From NCBI GenBank assembly GCA_964019425.1, contig OZ025790.1:1426001-1490000 (forward strand): DNA of 64,000 bases, read 5' to 3'. A model generated the notes under the pieces. That model saw only the letters and a program-made list of their open reading frames with translations. It did no database searches and was not told the DNA's origin. The translations under genes were made by a program, and so were the position numbers. This DNA is from Flectonema sp. DT1601. Taxonomy: Eukaryota. Positions 11,701 to 22,804 of this stretch are shown here, piece after piece. Each line of letters starts with the position of its first letter. The stretch's first letter is position 1.

Positions 11701-13617
11701 GTTCTTTTTGTTTCTTTGTTTTTGTTATTTTAATTTAATCAGATATTGTTCTGTAACAAATCATGTATATTTGAATTTAAGTAAAGGGAAGGGAGGAGAG
11801 GAAGAGGACTGGCCTTACCATATTTATTATCAAAGAAAAAACAAAACAAAAAAAAGTTTAAAAGGAAATAAAAAGGAGGAATCCTTGTGTGAAATCTTGC
11901 CCCTCACCCATCCAGCATTAAAGTTTTCAAGCTGTAACGACCTGCAGGGCATGGGATGCTCAACCTGTAGTGCGTGGTCCCCGGGTCAATTTGGCTTGAC
12001 AGCATTTCTTTCTCTGGTAGTTTATTTAAAGCATGCGATTTTGTAGACAGAATCCAGTTATAATGATTTATGTCTAATTTGTTGAGTGTTAACTCTTGAT
12101 TTATTTATCCAAGTCACCCATCTCATTTCCACTTATTATTTTTGTAAAAAAGTAATTACGTAGTCGGAAAACGTGCGCGACGCAACCTCTTCTAGAGAAG
12201 GTGTTGAGTGATATCCTTATTAAACAAGAAAGTTAAAACTGTTGGAGGGGGGAAAAAAAAAAAAAAAAAAAAAAAAATCACTTGTGTGAAAAATCTCTTA
12301 TGATGATGTTCTAACAATGCTGTAGCATAGCGTGGCGTACAAGGGAAAGGTACACACCAATCAAGAAAAGAAAAGAAATTCTCTTCTTCACCCTTACCTT
12401 GTTTTTTTTTTTTTTTTTTTTTTTTTTTTTCCCTCCTTCTTTTTGTGTGCTCTGTCTCCGTTCTGAGATTCCGACACAAAAAAGAGAAAAGAAAGAAGGG
12501 AAAAAAAAAAAAAAAGAAAAAAAAAGGGGAAGCGCGAATTCGAAAACCTTATTATTATTACGTTAATTCTGTTTATTTTATTTATTTATTTTTATTTTTT
12601 CTGATAAGTATACTCAAAAAAACAAAACAAAAAAAACCTCCTTAATCAATTAAAGTGGAGGGATAAGAAAATTTTAAAAAGGTTCTCTTTAGGAAGAAGT
12701 ATGTAGTTGTGGCAATCCACACGCACGCATTCTTAATCGAGTGAGTGACTGTTCACCCACAGGTTGGGTATGAACCGTTTCTGCTTCGCTGATAGGACAA
12801 TGGATTCTGATTGAGAATCACATTTCTTATTTATAAATTAATAAGTTGGTCAGCGAAATAGCTTTAGATTTCTTTTTTTTTGGTCTTCCCACGCCAATTG
12901 AAGCGGAGAGGAAAGTAAAAAAAGGAATTACTTTTTTGCTCTAAACAAGAAATATCTAAGGTCTAGGGTATGAGTTTGTTTTTCGCTGTTGATAGGGGAA
13001 AGACGCTTTGTGTGTGTTTTTTTTTTCTTTTTTTTTTTTCAGACAATAGGAAATTAGGTGTGTAACATGAATGTTTTTCTCTCTTCAAATGCTGTGTGCG
13101 AGTTTTCTATAATGCTCGTAAAGACAATTAAGCGAGGCAATCTCCAAAAAAAAAAAAAAAAATTTTTTTTTTTTTGCTCAGGTGCTTTGTCTATATGAGC
13201 CATCTTGTCCTTAAACTTCCTGTTGACTTTGTCAGTGTTGTGAGGACAAAATAGGAGTTGGATAATTTTTTTTTTTTTTTTTTGTTCTTTCTTCTCCTCT
13301 TCAAGTCGCTGCAACGAGTTCAGTATCTCGGGACTCTCTATTTTGGTGTTTTTCTTTATTGAATTTTTTTTTTTTTTGTACCTACAAACACTTTCTTTGT
13401 TCGTAAAAAAAAAAGAGAATCATGGCGGCAGCGTAATTTAACCTATTCTTTTCCTTCTAATAAGGATTATTATTTTTTTTTTTTGGTGGAAACCGGTGAG
13501 CGGTACACAAGAAAAAAAATGTTGAGTTAAAAAAAAAGTGAAGTCTCCGTCTTGGTTACATGGATTGTCATAGTAATTGGGAAAAAAACGTTTCATTTCA
13601 AAAAAAAAAAAAATATA

Positions 13618-14396
13618 TCAGTCATTCCTTTTTTTTGCGAACAAATTTTGGACATTGAAAAAGATTTTCAAAAAAAAATTGTAAAAATTTCGATCGAAGC
13701 GGCATTTTAATGCGCTGCATCATTGGGTTCATTTCCGTCCGAAATCGGGAGGTTGGCATCACATACTTGTCACCCGAATTGAGAAAAGAGATTTTGTGGT
13801 TTACTAAATCAGCTCAGCCGTGGACAAGTACCAAAACTAAAAATTAATCGAAGGGTCTAATTTTACACTGCTGGTCCAGCGGGATCCAGAGAAAAAATAA
13901 TCGAGCAAAAATATATTAAAGAGTACTAAGCATGTGCCGGTGAGGCAGATTGTTACTACCTGTCTTTTTGGACCTACTTTGATACTTAATGATCATTATC
14001 ACCACCACAGATGCAACATTTTCCTTACATAATTGCTACTAGGGTTGATTTGTTAGTAAAAAGGTGCATATCTCTTGAGTGCGGGAGAAGGGGGAAAAAA
14101 TAGTGAAAAAAAAAAAATTAGGGGTGTTTTTTACTCAGATTTTCTCGATCTTTCCATTCCAGGTCTGGGATTAATATTTATCATTGAGTAGTACCAAGGA
14201 AATTTTGCAAAGAGACGTTTATCTCTTTTTAGCAGCATTTACCATGTTTAAAAGTATATCCCTATGCCTAATTTTACAGATCGCACCCTCCCCGATTCCA
14301 AAAAATAAAAAATCGAGCAAAAGTAACATATCGTGTAACCTTGCTCAGGCGGTGAGAAAATGGTGTTTTTTGTTCGCAAAAAAAAGGAATGACTGA
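13618..14396. mobile_element. Non-autonomous DNA transposon (MITE-like) with 28-bp terminal inverted repeats
   Basis: TCAGTCATTCCTTTTTTTTGCGAACAAA at 13618-13645 and its exact reverse complement at 14369-14396; TATA on both outer flanks (TA or TATA target duplication); no convincing internal ORF. Confidence 0.8.
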
Positions 14397-14942
14397 TATA
14401 TATCCCATGTGCTGAGTCTTCACAATATGAGAGAAAATATAAACATGTGAGTGAGGTTGACACCTTTTTTTTTTTTTTTTTTTTTGTTTCACCGACAATG
14501 TCGGGAAAAGAAACTGTTCATTTCTCTCCTTTGTGGTGTCTATCTGCTGCCCAAGGAAATATCTGTTGTCGACCCAAGCATGATAAATTAGAGAGAGAAT
14601 GAAAGGGGGGAAAAAAAAAAAAAAAAGGTGGTAAATTGTCCAGTCTCCTTCCCACACACACTCCCTATTGTTGTCAGGTAATTTGTTAATCAACTTTATT
14701 AGTATTCGTGTTTGTCTTTTACGATATTTAAACGTTTTATCGAATTATTCTCAAAATACAGATCCGTAGATTGGAACTTGTCGGTCAGGAGACCGACTTT
14801 ATTGCTGTTTGGATGTGAAGAGATCTTCAGTCTTTTCTATTCACATCCCACCCAGATGACCCTATTAATATAATAATTTATAACAGACATCAAAAAAGGG
14901 AGGGGAAGAAAAAAAAAATACATATAAATATAAAATAAATAA

Positions 14943-16223
14943 ATGACACAACTATGGGAAGGTTACGAAGACTGGGTTGTGAAGGGAGGAGATAAAAAGA
15001 TGAAAATGATGGGCACCATGGCTCAGCTTATGATAGGATACAATGGCAGAGTTATGGATAATGTTTGGAGGAACGAAGCGATAACCAGTCTGGTTAGTTT
15101 AATGGAGTATGTGAACAGCTTAATTCGGCACAGACACACCAGTAATGAGCCGATTAACTTGGCGGTCGTTCTCGTCGAAGTCTTGAGGATATCACAGAGA
15201 GCGGCTGAAATGGCTTTGCGGATTAGGTTGATAGGATCTCTTCACTGGCCTTGGGAAACCCCTCGTCGAGTTAAAATTCTGATTCTCTTGATCGAACTCT
15301 CGAAAGCAATATTTTTAACGATCGCTAATAAATACTTGTTGTCGGATTTAAAAAGGGTTTTCACGTCGTATTTTAAGAGAGTCTCAAGGGGAAAAAGAAC
15401 CAAAATGGTTCTACCGGTGATAGCTGAAGGTGGTATTTCCTATTCCCCGACAACGTTTTTCGACTTGTTCAGCAGCACCTCAGACCTTGCTTGTTTATAT
15501 AGACCCGTGATTTATGCATCAGCTATTTTATTTTATCATAATAAGGCTAAGCCGTGGAGGCCTTTAATTATTTCACTCGTAGCGGAAATTTATATTCTTG
15601 TTGTTACTTTGATTAAAGAACATAGAAGGTCTTCTCTATTGAACAGACCTTCTAGAACCTCTCAACTCAACGATAAGCAGCTCTCAGCAGAAATTGCTTC
15701 CTCACGTAAAGTCAGTAGACAAGTCTCGAGATTTACAGATTACTTGGTGTGGATTTTTTTTTTTTTTAAACCTGTAATTGCCGCAAAACATTTACGCCCT
15801 CGCAGGCAAATAGTTTGTCGGATACACAAACTGAGGTAGGAAGATAATATTCGATTTGATCAGAAGATTCTAACAAACGTTTCACTGACATTTCGTGACG
15901 TTAGAAGTTCCTTCTGTGTCACTTATGAAAAAATAATACGCGTGTCTAAGTTCAATTTCTTCCTGGGATTTATCAAAATAAATAAATAAATAACAGCTTC
16001 GCGATCCTCTCTACTCAGACCACGTGAAGCCTCGAATTGCGTTTGTGACTGACACATTAGAACGGTATGTTTATAATAGTAATACTTTTAAAATGTTTAA
16101 ATAAGAAAATATTTTGATCAGCAGCAACAACAACAACAAACAAACAGCCTCCCTCTGTTTGGATTCTTCATCGAATCTTGGCAGTTGCTACGACCTCTTC
16201 ACTTCACAACTAGTGGATCATAA
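14943..16223 (+). CDS. PEX16: Peroxin Pex16-like protein; exons 14943-15746, 15997-16064, 16148-16223
   Basis: Motifs LIELSKA, LYRPVIY and WRPLIISLVAE. Removing two GT-AG introns gives DYLLRDPLYSDHVKPRI...LPLFGFFIESWQLLRPLHFTTSGS*, which resembles the Pex16 C-terminus. Confidence 0.7.
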
Positions 16224-18412
16224 GGACTTGTTATTTAGTAAAAGAAGGACGCTACTCCAATTCACAGCTCCGTTCTATCAAAGCTGTTGATCATTCTGTT
16301 CTTTTTCGAATGATGGAAACTAATTTTGTTTCGATTCTCTTGAGCAGTATTCTCCTAAGAGAGCTACTGAGAGCTAATAGTACTTTGTGGAAGGGTTATT
16401 GCCTACCATAAATAAATTAATTACTTCTTTATTTAATAAAGGACGCTGGACAACACGAACTTTAATTCATAGCTCTGTTTCTCAAAGGGCAGCTGTTAGC
16501 CAAAACTAAAAAAAAGAATAAGGCTTGTTGGAAGCTATTTACTTGTTGACGAGGGGCCTCTTTTTTTCATTCTTTTTTTTTTTCTTTTCTTATTTTTTTT
16601 TTTTTTTTGTCACCAATGGACACGCGTGGTGGGTAGTATTTCATTGTGAGTTTGTGTGATCGGTTTTGCGTACAAAACAAAATTGCAACACTGGCTCTTG
16701 ATACGTATCACCCCAAAGTCTCTCGAAAAACATTTTTTTTTTCAGATTAAGGCATATCGATGCCCCGTTTATCTGTAGGTGATCTAAAAAAAAAAAAAAA
16801 TGAAAAAAAAAAATACCCCTATCTCCGTCAACGACTCGTTCTCACCCGAACGCAGTCTCAAAATTCTAACTTTTTTTTTATTATTGTAATTTATTAATAA
16901 AATCACATTTGTTTTGAGGGTTGTATTTTTACGTTTTTTGGAAAAAAAAAAAAAAAAAGCAAGCAAGTAAGTAATTATTCAGGGGGGTAATTTGATGGGG
17001 GGTACAAGCATTGATTTTACGGAGATTTTGGGCACTCTCGGTTTTTTTTCGGAGAAGAAATTTTTTGGGCAGCCAAATTATGAAAACTGCAACATATACC
17101 CCAAAAATGGGGATTGCGATCCAAAGAAACAGTTATTCGGCACTTTAGAACAAGTCTTTGAAAAATTTCAAAAAGTGTGGACCGTGTGGTACCTGAGGTG
17201 TGTTAGGAAACCTCACAAAAATTATAAGTAATTCTGCGCGTTGAGCAATCTGTAACCAGCGTCTCCCTCTGAGTCGTGTGGGAGATGAAAAGGGAACCAA
17301 ATTTATGTTTTTATCGACCTGATTTGAACCTTAATAATATGCCACTAGAACCGGCTTGTTATCCCCCATGTCCAATGTTTAGGCTACTGACCTTCTCTTG
17401 AGCATCCCATGTGCTCAGCTTTCGGAATTCGGCTCGAAGCTGTGCTTCTTTCTGTACAAGATAGACAGAGAACCAATCTTTGCATGCAGATGGCAGATTA
17501 GCATTGGACCTTGCTGTCTGGAGGTCTTCTCCGTGAGGACGGGGTGGTACGCGTAGCGCCTCCTGTTGTGTTTGCTTTTGCCAATCTGAGGACCTGCGCT
17601 GATGAGGCAGCCTTTAGAAGTCCGTGCCTCTGGAATATGTTGTACGTTATCAGTGGGGCGGTCCTCATTTCGTTAGTTCCGTTTATCCTGCTCGTGAGCC
17701 TCTCGGCCTTGAGCATGGCCGCGTTTAATCTCCCAAGTGGAATGGGTGACTTATTGTTCTTGAATTGGGGACCCCTTCAAGCATCCAATACTACTGTAAA
17801 GTACTCGTTCTTACCCCGAAGGCAGTCTCTAATTCTAACATCATTTTTTAATAGTTACTTTGCTCATCTGAGTTCGTTTTTTACCCAAAGTAGACAATTC
17901 TTGGGATTGAAAAAAAACAAAAAAAAAAAGGTTTCTTAGTTTCACATTGTAATCCCCCTAGTTGGAATGGGAGGGATGTGTTGGTGTTTATGTGTGTTGT
18001 GATGATTTCTTTGTTACTATAATTGAATTTGAGACCTTCAAAATTCCAACAGAGTCGTGGATCAAATCGATCTGTTTCCCTTGATCAGCCCTACAGGTAT
18101 AACTGTGAAACCTGTAGAGGTATAAGGGGGAAAGGAAAAAAAAAAAAAGAGAAGAGAAAAAAAAAAAAAATAAAAAAACAAAAAAAAAACAAAAATAATT
18201 TAAATTCTTTTCCCACATGAAAGGGTTAAGAAAAGTACGCTTCTAAAAATCCGATCGTTTTCTTGTTGTCAAGTCAGTTTATTTGTTTTTTTTGTTGTTT
18301 TTCTCACAACACAGGTTGATAATAATAATACATAATATTATGAAAAAAGAAGATCACAAACCATTATTATGTTAATAGTTACCATTAGTTACTTACGTTA
18401 TCTTCTTAGAAA

Positions 18413-18478
18413 CTTTCAGGTCTCAATGATGTAACCAATATTGGAAATTACTTCTTGTCTGAGTGTTCACAGATCACT
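18413..18478 (+). pseudogene. Isolated remnant of one LRR unit of the Ubl-LRR family
   Basis: Translates LSGLNDVTNIGNYFLSECSQIT, the same unit as in the neighbouring LRR gene, with no flanking ORF. Confidence 0.6.
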
Positions 18479-19817
18479 TGTTTTGTTAGTTGTCATCCTT
18501 GAGAAGTTAATATCCGTAACTGTTCAAAGGAAGTTTACAAACAGAGTAGAGCCGTAATAGTATTTTATAGGAAATCACAACCACAGAATATGTATGCGCT
18601 ATTTAGGAATCGAAAGCTGCTTTTCAGTTTTTCCTTATTACTTTACGATTGTTGCCGCCGTTTTGAACACTTCAGCAATTTTAATAAATATTTTTGTCTT
18701 TCAGTAGATTACTAAAAAAAAGAAGCAAATAAAACAACAATGCAAGTTTTTGTGACGTGTCCGGATTTAGGACTCCCTGCGGTGTCAGTCACAGTTGGTG
18801 CTGATTCTGTTGTGAGCGACGTGTTGACGACAGCGGCTGACGAGTGGGATGTCGATGCGGATGAAGTTGAACTGTCGTTCGCTGGTGATGCCCTTTGCGA
18901 AAATGAGCGGTTAGTAGATTATGGAGTGGGTGCAAACAGCGAGTTGGAAATGCGGGAGAAGCTGGTTCGGATCTTCTGTAAAAACTGGTTTGTTGATGAT
19001 AGAAAAAGAGAGAAGCTGCTTCTTTGGATGAAAGACCACATTACGGAGGATTTATGTCTGGACACTCCCACATTCTCAGAAGATGGTTGCCTCACTATTG
19101 ACAAAGGGTTGCTTCCTTCAGATGCCAAACGGATTTCCTTCCGCCATTCAAACTCCAACAGCAAGGTCATCTCACAAGTTACTTCTATTAAAGATCATTT
19201 CTTGTCTCGTTGTTCACACATCACTTCTCTTGACCTTTCAGGTCTTAGTAGAGTCACCAGTATTGGAAATCATTTTTTGTCTGAGTGTTCAATCACTTCT
19301 CTTGACCTTTCAGGTCTTAGAAGTATCACCAGTATTGGAAATAACTTTGTGTTTTCGTGTCCACAAATCACTTCTGTTGACCTTTCAGGCCTCCGTGGCG
19401 TTTCCAGTATTGGAAATGATTTCTTGTCTAACAGTTCAATTGCCTCTGTTGACCTTTCCGGTCTCAGTAGTGTCACCAGTATTGGAAATTGTTTTTTATC
19501 GTTGTGTTGTGCAATCACTTCTCTTAACCTTTCAAGTTTTAGTAGTGTCACCAGTATTGGAAACTTTTTCTTGTATTGTTCACTAATCACTTCTCTTGAC
19601 CTTTCAGGTCTTGGGAGAGTCACCAGTATTGGAAATCATTTCTTGTCTCGTTGTTCGCAAATCACTTCTGTTAACCTCTCCCGTTTTAGTAGGGTTTCCT
19701 ATATTGGAGATCATTTCTTGTCTGAGTGTTCACAAATCACTTCTCTTGACCTTTCAGGTCTTAGTAGTGTCACCAGTATTGGAAATAGCTTTTTGTATCG
19801 TTGTTCACGAATCACTT

Positions 19818-19885
19818 GGGATCACGACACCTGCCTCCTCGCGGCGGTCCCGGACGACTTCGATAGGGGTCGACAAGACGGTGTC
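19818..19885 (+). ncRNA. HDV-like self-cleaving ribozyme at the element 5' end
   Basis: P1 GGGATC/GGTCCC, P2 GACACC/GGTGTC, P3 GCC/GGC, L3 TCCTCGC, P1.1 CC/GG, P4 CGACTTC/GGGGTCG, J4/2 ACAAG with candidate catalytic C19874. The first G coincides with the TSD boundary. Confidence 0.85.
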
Positions 19886-20092
19886 AAAGACAAGAGATGC
19901 CAACACCATCAACACCAACTACCACATCCAGGGCATCCGTACCCTGGATGTTTTTTATCAAAAAAAGAACGGAACAAGCTAGCCCACGCCTTGAATGGCA
20001 ATGGTGGAACAAGAAAGAACAGCAGAGACCGTCGCCCCCGAGACGATACTCGCGACAGGGACGAAGACCGCCCAAACAAGGAAGAACGTCGG

Positions 20093-22804
20093 ATGGCGAA
20101 GCTCGAGAAAGAGAAACTCGACTCGCTCGACGAGATAGAGGAAGAGAGGCAACGGCTGGAGCAGCAGAAAACAGCCATGGAACAGCACCACCACCAGAAG
20201 GAAACCAACCTTCAAGGACAAGAAAAACAGTTGGAACAGCAACGCCAACACCAGCAACAAGAACTGCAAAGTCAGTACCACCAACAACAGCAGCAACTGC
20301 AAAGCCACCATCAGCTGAAGGAAACGGAAAGTCTCCAGAAGGAGCAAAACCTACAGGCTCAACTCAAAGAGCAACATCAGCACCAACAGAAGGAATTGGA
20401 GAAGCAATACCGCCGACGACAACAGCAACTGGAAAGCCAACAGCAGAAGAAGGACGCCGAGTCTGAACAGCAAACGCATCTGACTCGGTCACAACTACAG
20501 AAGGAAAAGGAATCCTTCCAGACGGAGAAGGAACGGCTCCACCTCCAGCTGGATCAGCAGCTAAAGAACGAGAAGGAGCACCTCCACCAACAACTGAACG
20601 CCGAGATAGGCAAACAGAAGCAGGGGCTCCAACTGAAGGAAGAGAAGCTCAAGGAGCAGATTGGACAGGAAAAAGTCCAACAACAACAAAAACTCCAACA
20701 GAAGGAAGACGAGATTCAACGGCGTGAAGAAGAGGTGAACCGAGGACAGCAGCAACTACACCAACAGCAGCAACAACTAGAGCAACAGCAACAGCAATCG
20801 CAACATCAGCAGCTGGAACTACAACAACAACGGCAACAACAACAACAACAGCATCAACAACTGGAACTGGAACAACAACAACTACAACAGCAACTGCAAC
20901 TGCAACAACATCGACAACCGCAACAACAACCGCAACAGCAACCCGTACACTACATGCAACATCAACCGTATGCAACGTACGACACCTACGCCCAGCAGCA
21001 GCAGTCTTCCCACTACGAAGGACTACAACAGGAACTGAAGCGCGAGAGAGAGGAGAAAAGCGAACTACGCGAGATGCTCCGAACTCTCCAACAACAACTG
21101 GACGGATTGAGAGAAGAACTCAAGGCCCAACATGCTGAGGCGAAGAGGCAGCAAGAAACGGCGGGACGGGAAGCGAGAGAGATGCAAGAACGTTTCTTGC
21201 TAGAACTGGAAGCGGAACGGGTCCAGATCAGAGGGCTCAACTCGCTGAGAGAAGAGGAAGAGGAACATCAGATGGACACCACCCCTGATCAGGAAGCAAA
21301 CACGGAAGCGAAGCAAACGCCACCGGTGAAGCTGCCCCAAGACGGTATGAGGGAGCTGGACGCCTCACGCAAGAAGCTGATGAAAGAAATCAATGAAGGG
21401 CAGGTAGCCGGACGATCGGCCATCCAAGAGCAGATGGTCCGAGAGGCCGGGAGACTGGCGCAGACTCAGAAGAGCTGGGAGAACGCAGCACGCAAGGAGC
21501 GATCCAGAGTGGATAACCTCTCGCTGGCACCGGAGTATTGGCCAGAGGGAATGGCAATCACGAAGGAGCAGTACGACGCCGGTACAAAGGGAGTACACCT
21601 CACCACCAGAGAGGAGGCAAGGAAGAGGATGTCGGGAACACCTCCGGGAGCCTGGGAAACGTTATCCCTGGTAACCCTGGAACCACCATCAGACACGGCG
21701 CAGAAAGTACAGGTAGTACTTAAGGAGACGACGAGCGACGGCGAGAAGAGAATTCTCAAGCAGCTCTGGATGACAACACTGGGAAGAGTGGTTGTACCAT
21801 CCGGAACAGACGTCGTGCGGACGGAAAGCACGAGGGAGATGGTTGTCCGAGTGGACAAAAAATGGTCCGGAGAGAAGAGATGGTCGGAAGTGAAGCGCTC
21901 CCCGATCAGGGCAACGGAAGAGTTGAGGAAGATGCCGGGGTATGTCGATACGTACAACCCGCGGATTGGAGACCAGAGCGTCACGGTGATGCTCAGGGTG
22001 AAGGTAGCCGAAGTGAAGAACTTCCTCCGAGAATCGGGGAAGGACGGCGTCTTCACCAAGGAAAAGGATCCGAGAGAGGAACGAGCAGTGAAGGCGGCGG
22101 TCATTTGGCTACCGAAGGACGAGACACTCGGAATCGCTCGAGACAAGGCTGTAGAAGTCGATGGAGGGCTGGGACTTGTGGTAAACGAACACGGACTCGG
22201 GCTTCGAGTGACCAGCTGGCAGGAAACGGCGGCGAGGGAGAAACTGCACCTGCCGGCTAAGCTACCGGAAACAAAGATCACGGGTATCCCGATCGGCACA
22301 ACCACCGACGAAGCGATCAAGTGGCTGATCACGAAGGAAGGCTGGGAAGTGAGGAAGACGAAGGAAGGCGTACGGAACGGCATGCGATGGATGGTCGTCC
22401 GCGGTCCGGTGAGAACGCAGGAAACCATCACGGTGGATGGCGTCCTGTGCATGGTGGAGGCTGGGAAACAGAAGGTGGAAGTCGACCCGAAACGGAAGGA
22501 GACCAAACGCCCGAATGCGACACCGACAAAACCGGAGAAAAGGCGTGACCCGACGGAGGGAACGGGAGGAAAGTGGTACACTCGATTGGAGTTCATCGAG
22601 TTTCATGGGAAGAAGAAGGGACAACGCCTATGGTTAGAAGCCAGCAACCCAACACCAACTACGACGGCACCTACGAAGGCAGCGACCGCAACGACAACAG
22701 CGAAAAAGGAGCCCAAGTCGACAAAAAAGAAGGAGAACAGCTCAGTGGACGAGAGATTGGACCGACTGGAACGTCTACTGATGGCGTTCATGGAACGGAA
22801 TTGA
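20093..22804 (+). CDS. Retrotransposon A1 ORF1 (poly-Q coiled coil plus conserved C-terminal domain); start uncertain
   Basis: First in-frame ATG inside the element is 20093, but the frame is open from 19818; Q/E-rich coiled coil; ends AAT-TGA. Confidence 0.75.
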   Translation: MAKLEKEKLDSLDEIEEERQRLEQQKTAMEQHHHQKETNLQGQEKQLEQQRQHQQQELQSQYHQQQQQLQSHHQLKETESLQKEQNLQAQLKEQHQHQQKELEKQYRRRQQQLESQQQKKDAESEQQTHLTRSQLQKEKESFQTEKERLHLQLDQQLKNEKEHLHQQLNAEIGKQKQGLQLKEEKLKEQIGQEKVQQQQKLQQKEDEIQRREEEVNRGQQQLHQQQQQLEQQQQQSQHQQLELQQQRQQQQQQHQQLELEQQQLQQQLQLQQHRQPQQQPQQQPVHYMQHQPYATYDTYAQQQQSSHYEGLQQELKREREEKSELREMLRTLQQQLDGLREELKAQHAEAKRQQETAGREAREMQERFLLELEAERVQIRGLNSLREEEEEHQMDTTPDQEANTEAKQTPPVKLPQDGMRELDASRKKLMKEINEGQVAGRSAIQEQMVREAGRLAQTQKSWENAARKERSRVDNLSLAPEYWPEGMAITKEQYDAGTKGVHLTTREEARKRMSGTPPGAWETLSLVTLEPPSDTAQKVQVVLKETTSDGEKRILKQLWMTTLGRVVVPSGTDVVRTESTREMVVRVDKKWSGEKRWSEVKRSPIRATEELRKMPGYVDTYNPRIGDQSVTVMLRVKVAEVKNFLRESGKDGVFTKEKDPREERAVKAAVIWLPKDETLGIARDKAVEVDGGLGLVVNEHGLGLRVTSWQETAAREKLHLPAKLPETKITGIPIGTTTDEAIKWLITKEGWEVRKTKEGVRNGMRWMVVRGPVRTQETITVDGVLCMVEAGKQKVEVDPKRKETKRPNATPTKPEKRRDPTEGTGGKWYTRLEFIEFHGKKKGQRLWLEASNPTPTTTAPTKAATATTTAKKEPKSTKKKENSSVDERLDRLERLLMAFMERN

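Noticed and set aside
5729..14693. Many short F/K-rich ORFs in intergenic DNA
   Set aside because: Products of poly-T and poly-A runs with no domain features (the 10816-11700 gene excepted).
22802..22804. Genome-wide UGA reassignment or selenocysteine as the explanation for the in-frame UGA
   Set aside because: Host genes with recognisable C-termini (PIG-V, calpain, cupin) end in TGA; no SECIS or redox-motif context was seen.
18740..22804. 1354-aa ORF as an ordinary host gene
   Set aside because: The TSD, the composition shift and the intact paralog at 37377 show it is a host/retroelement chimera.
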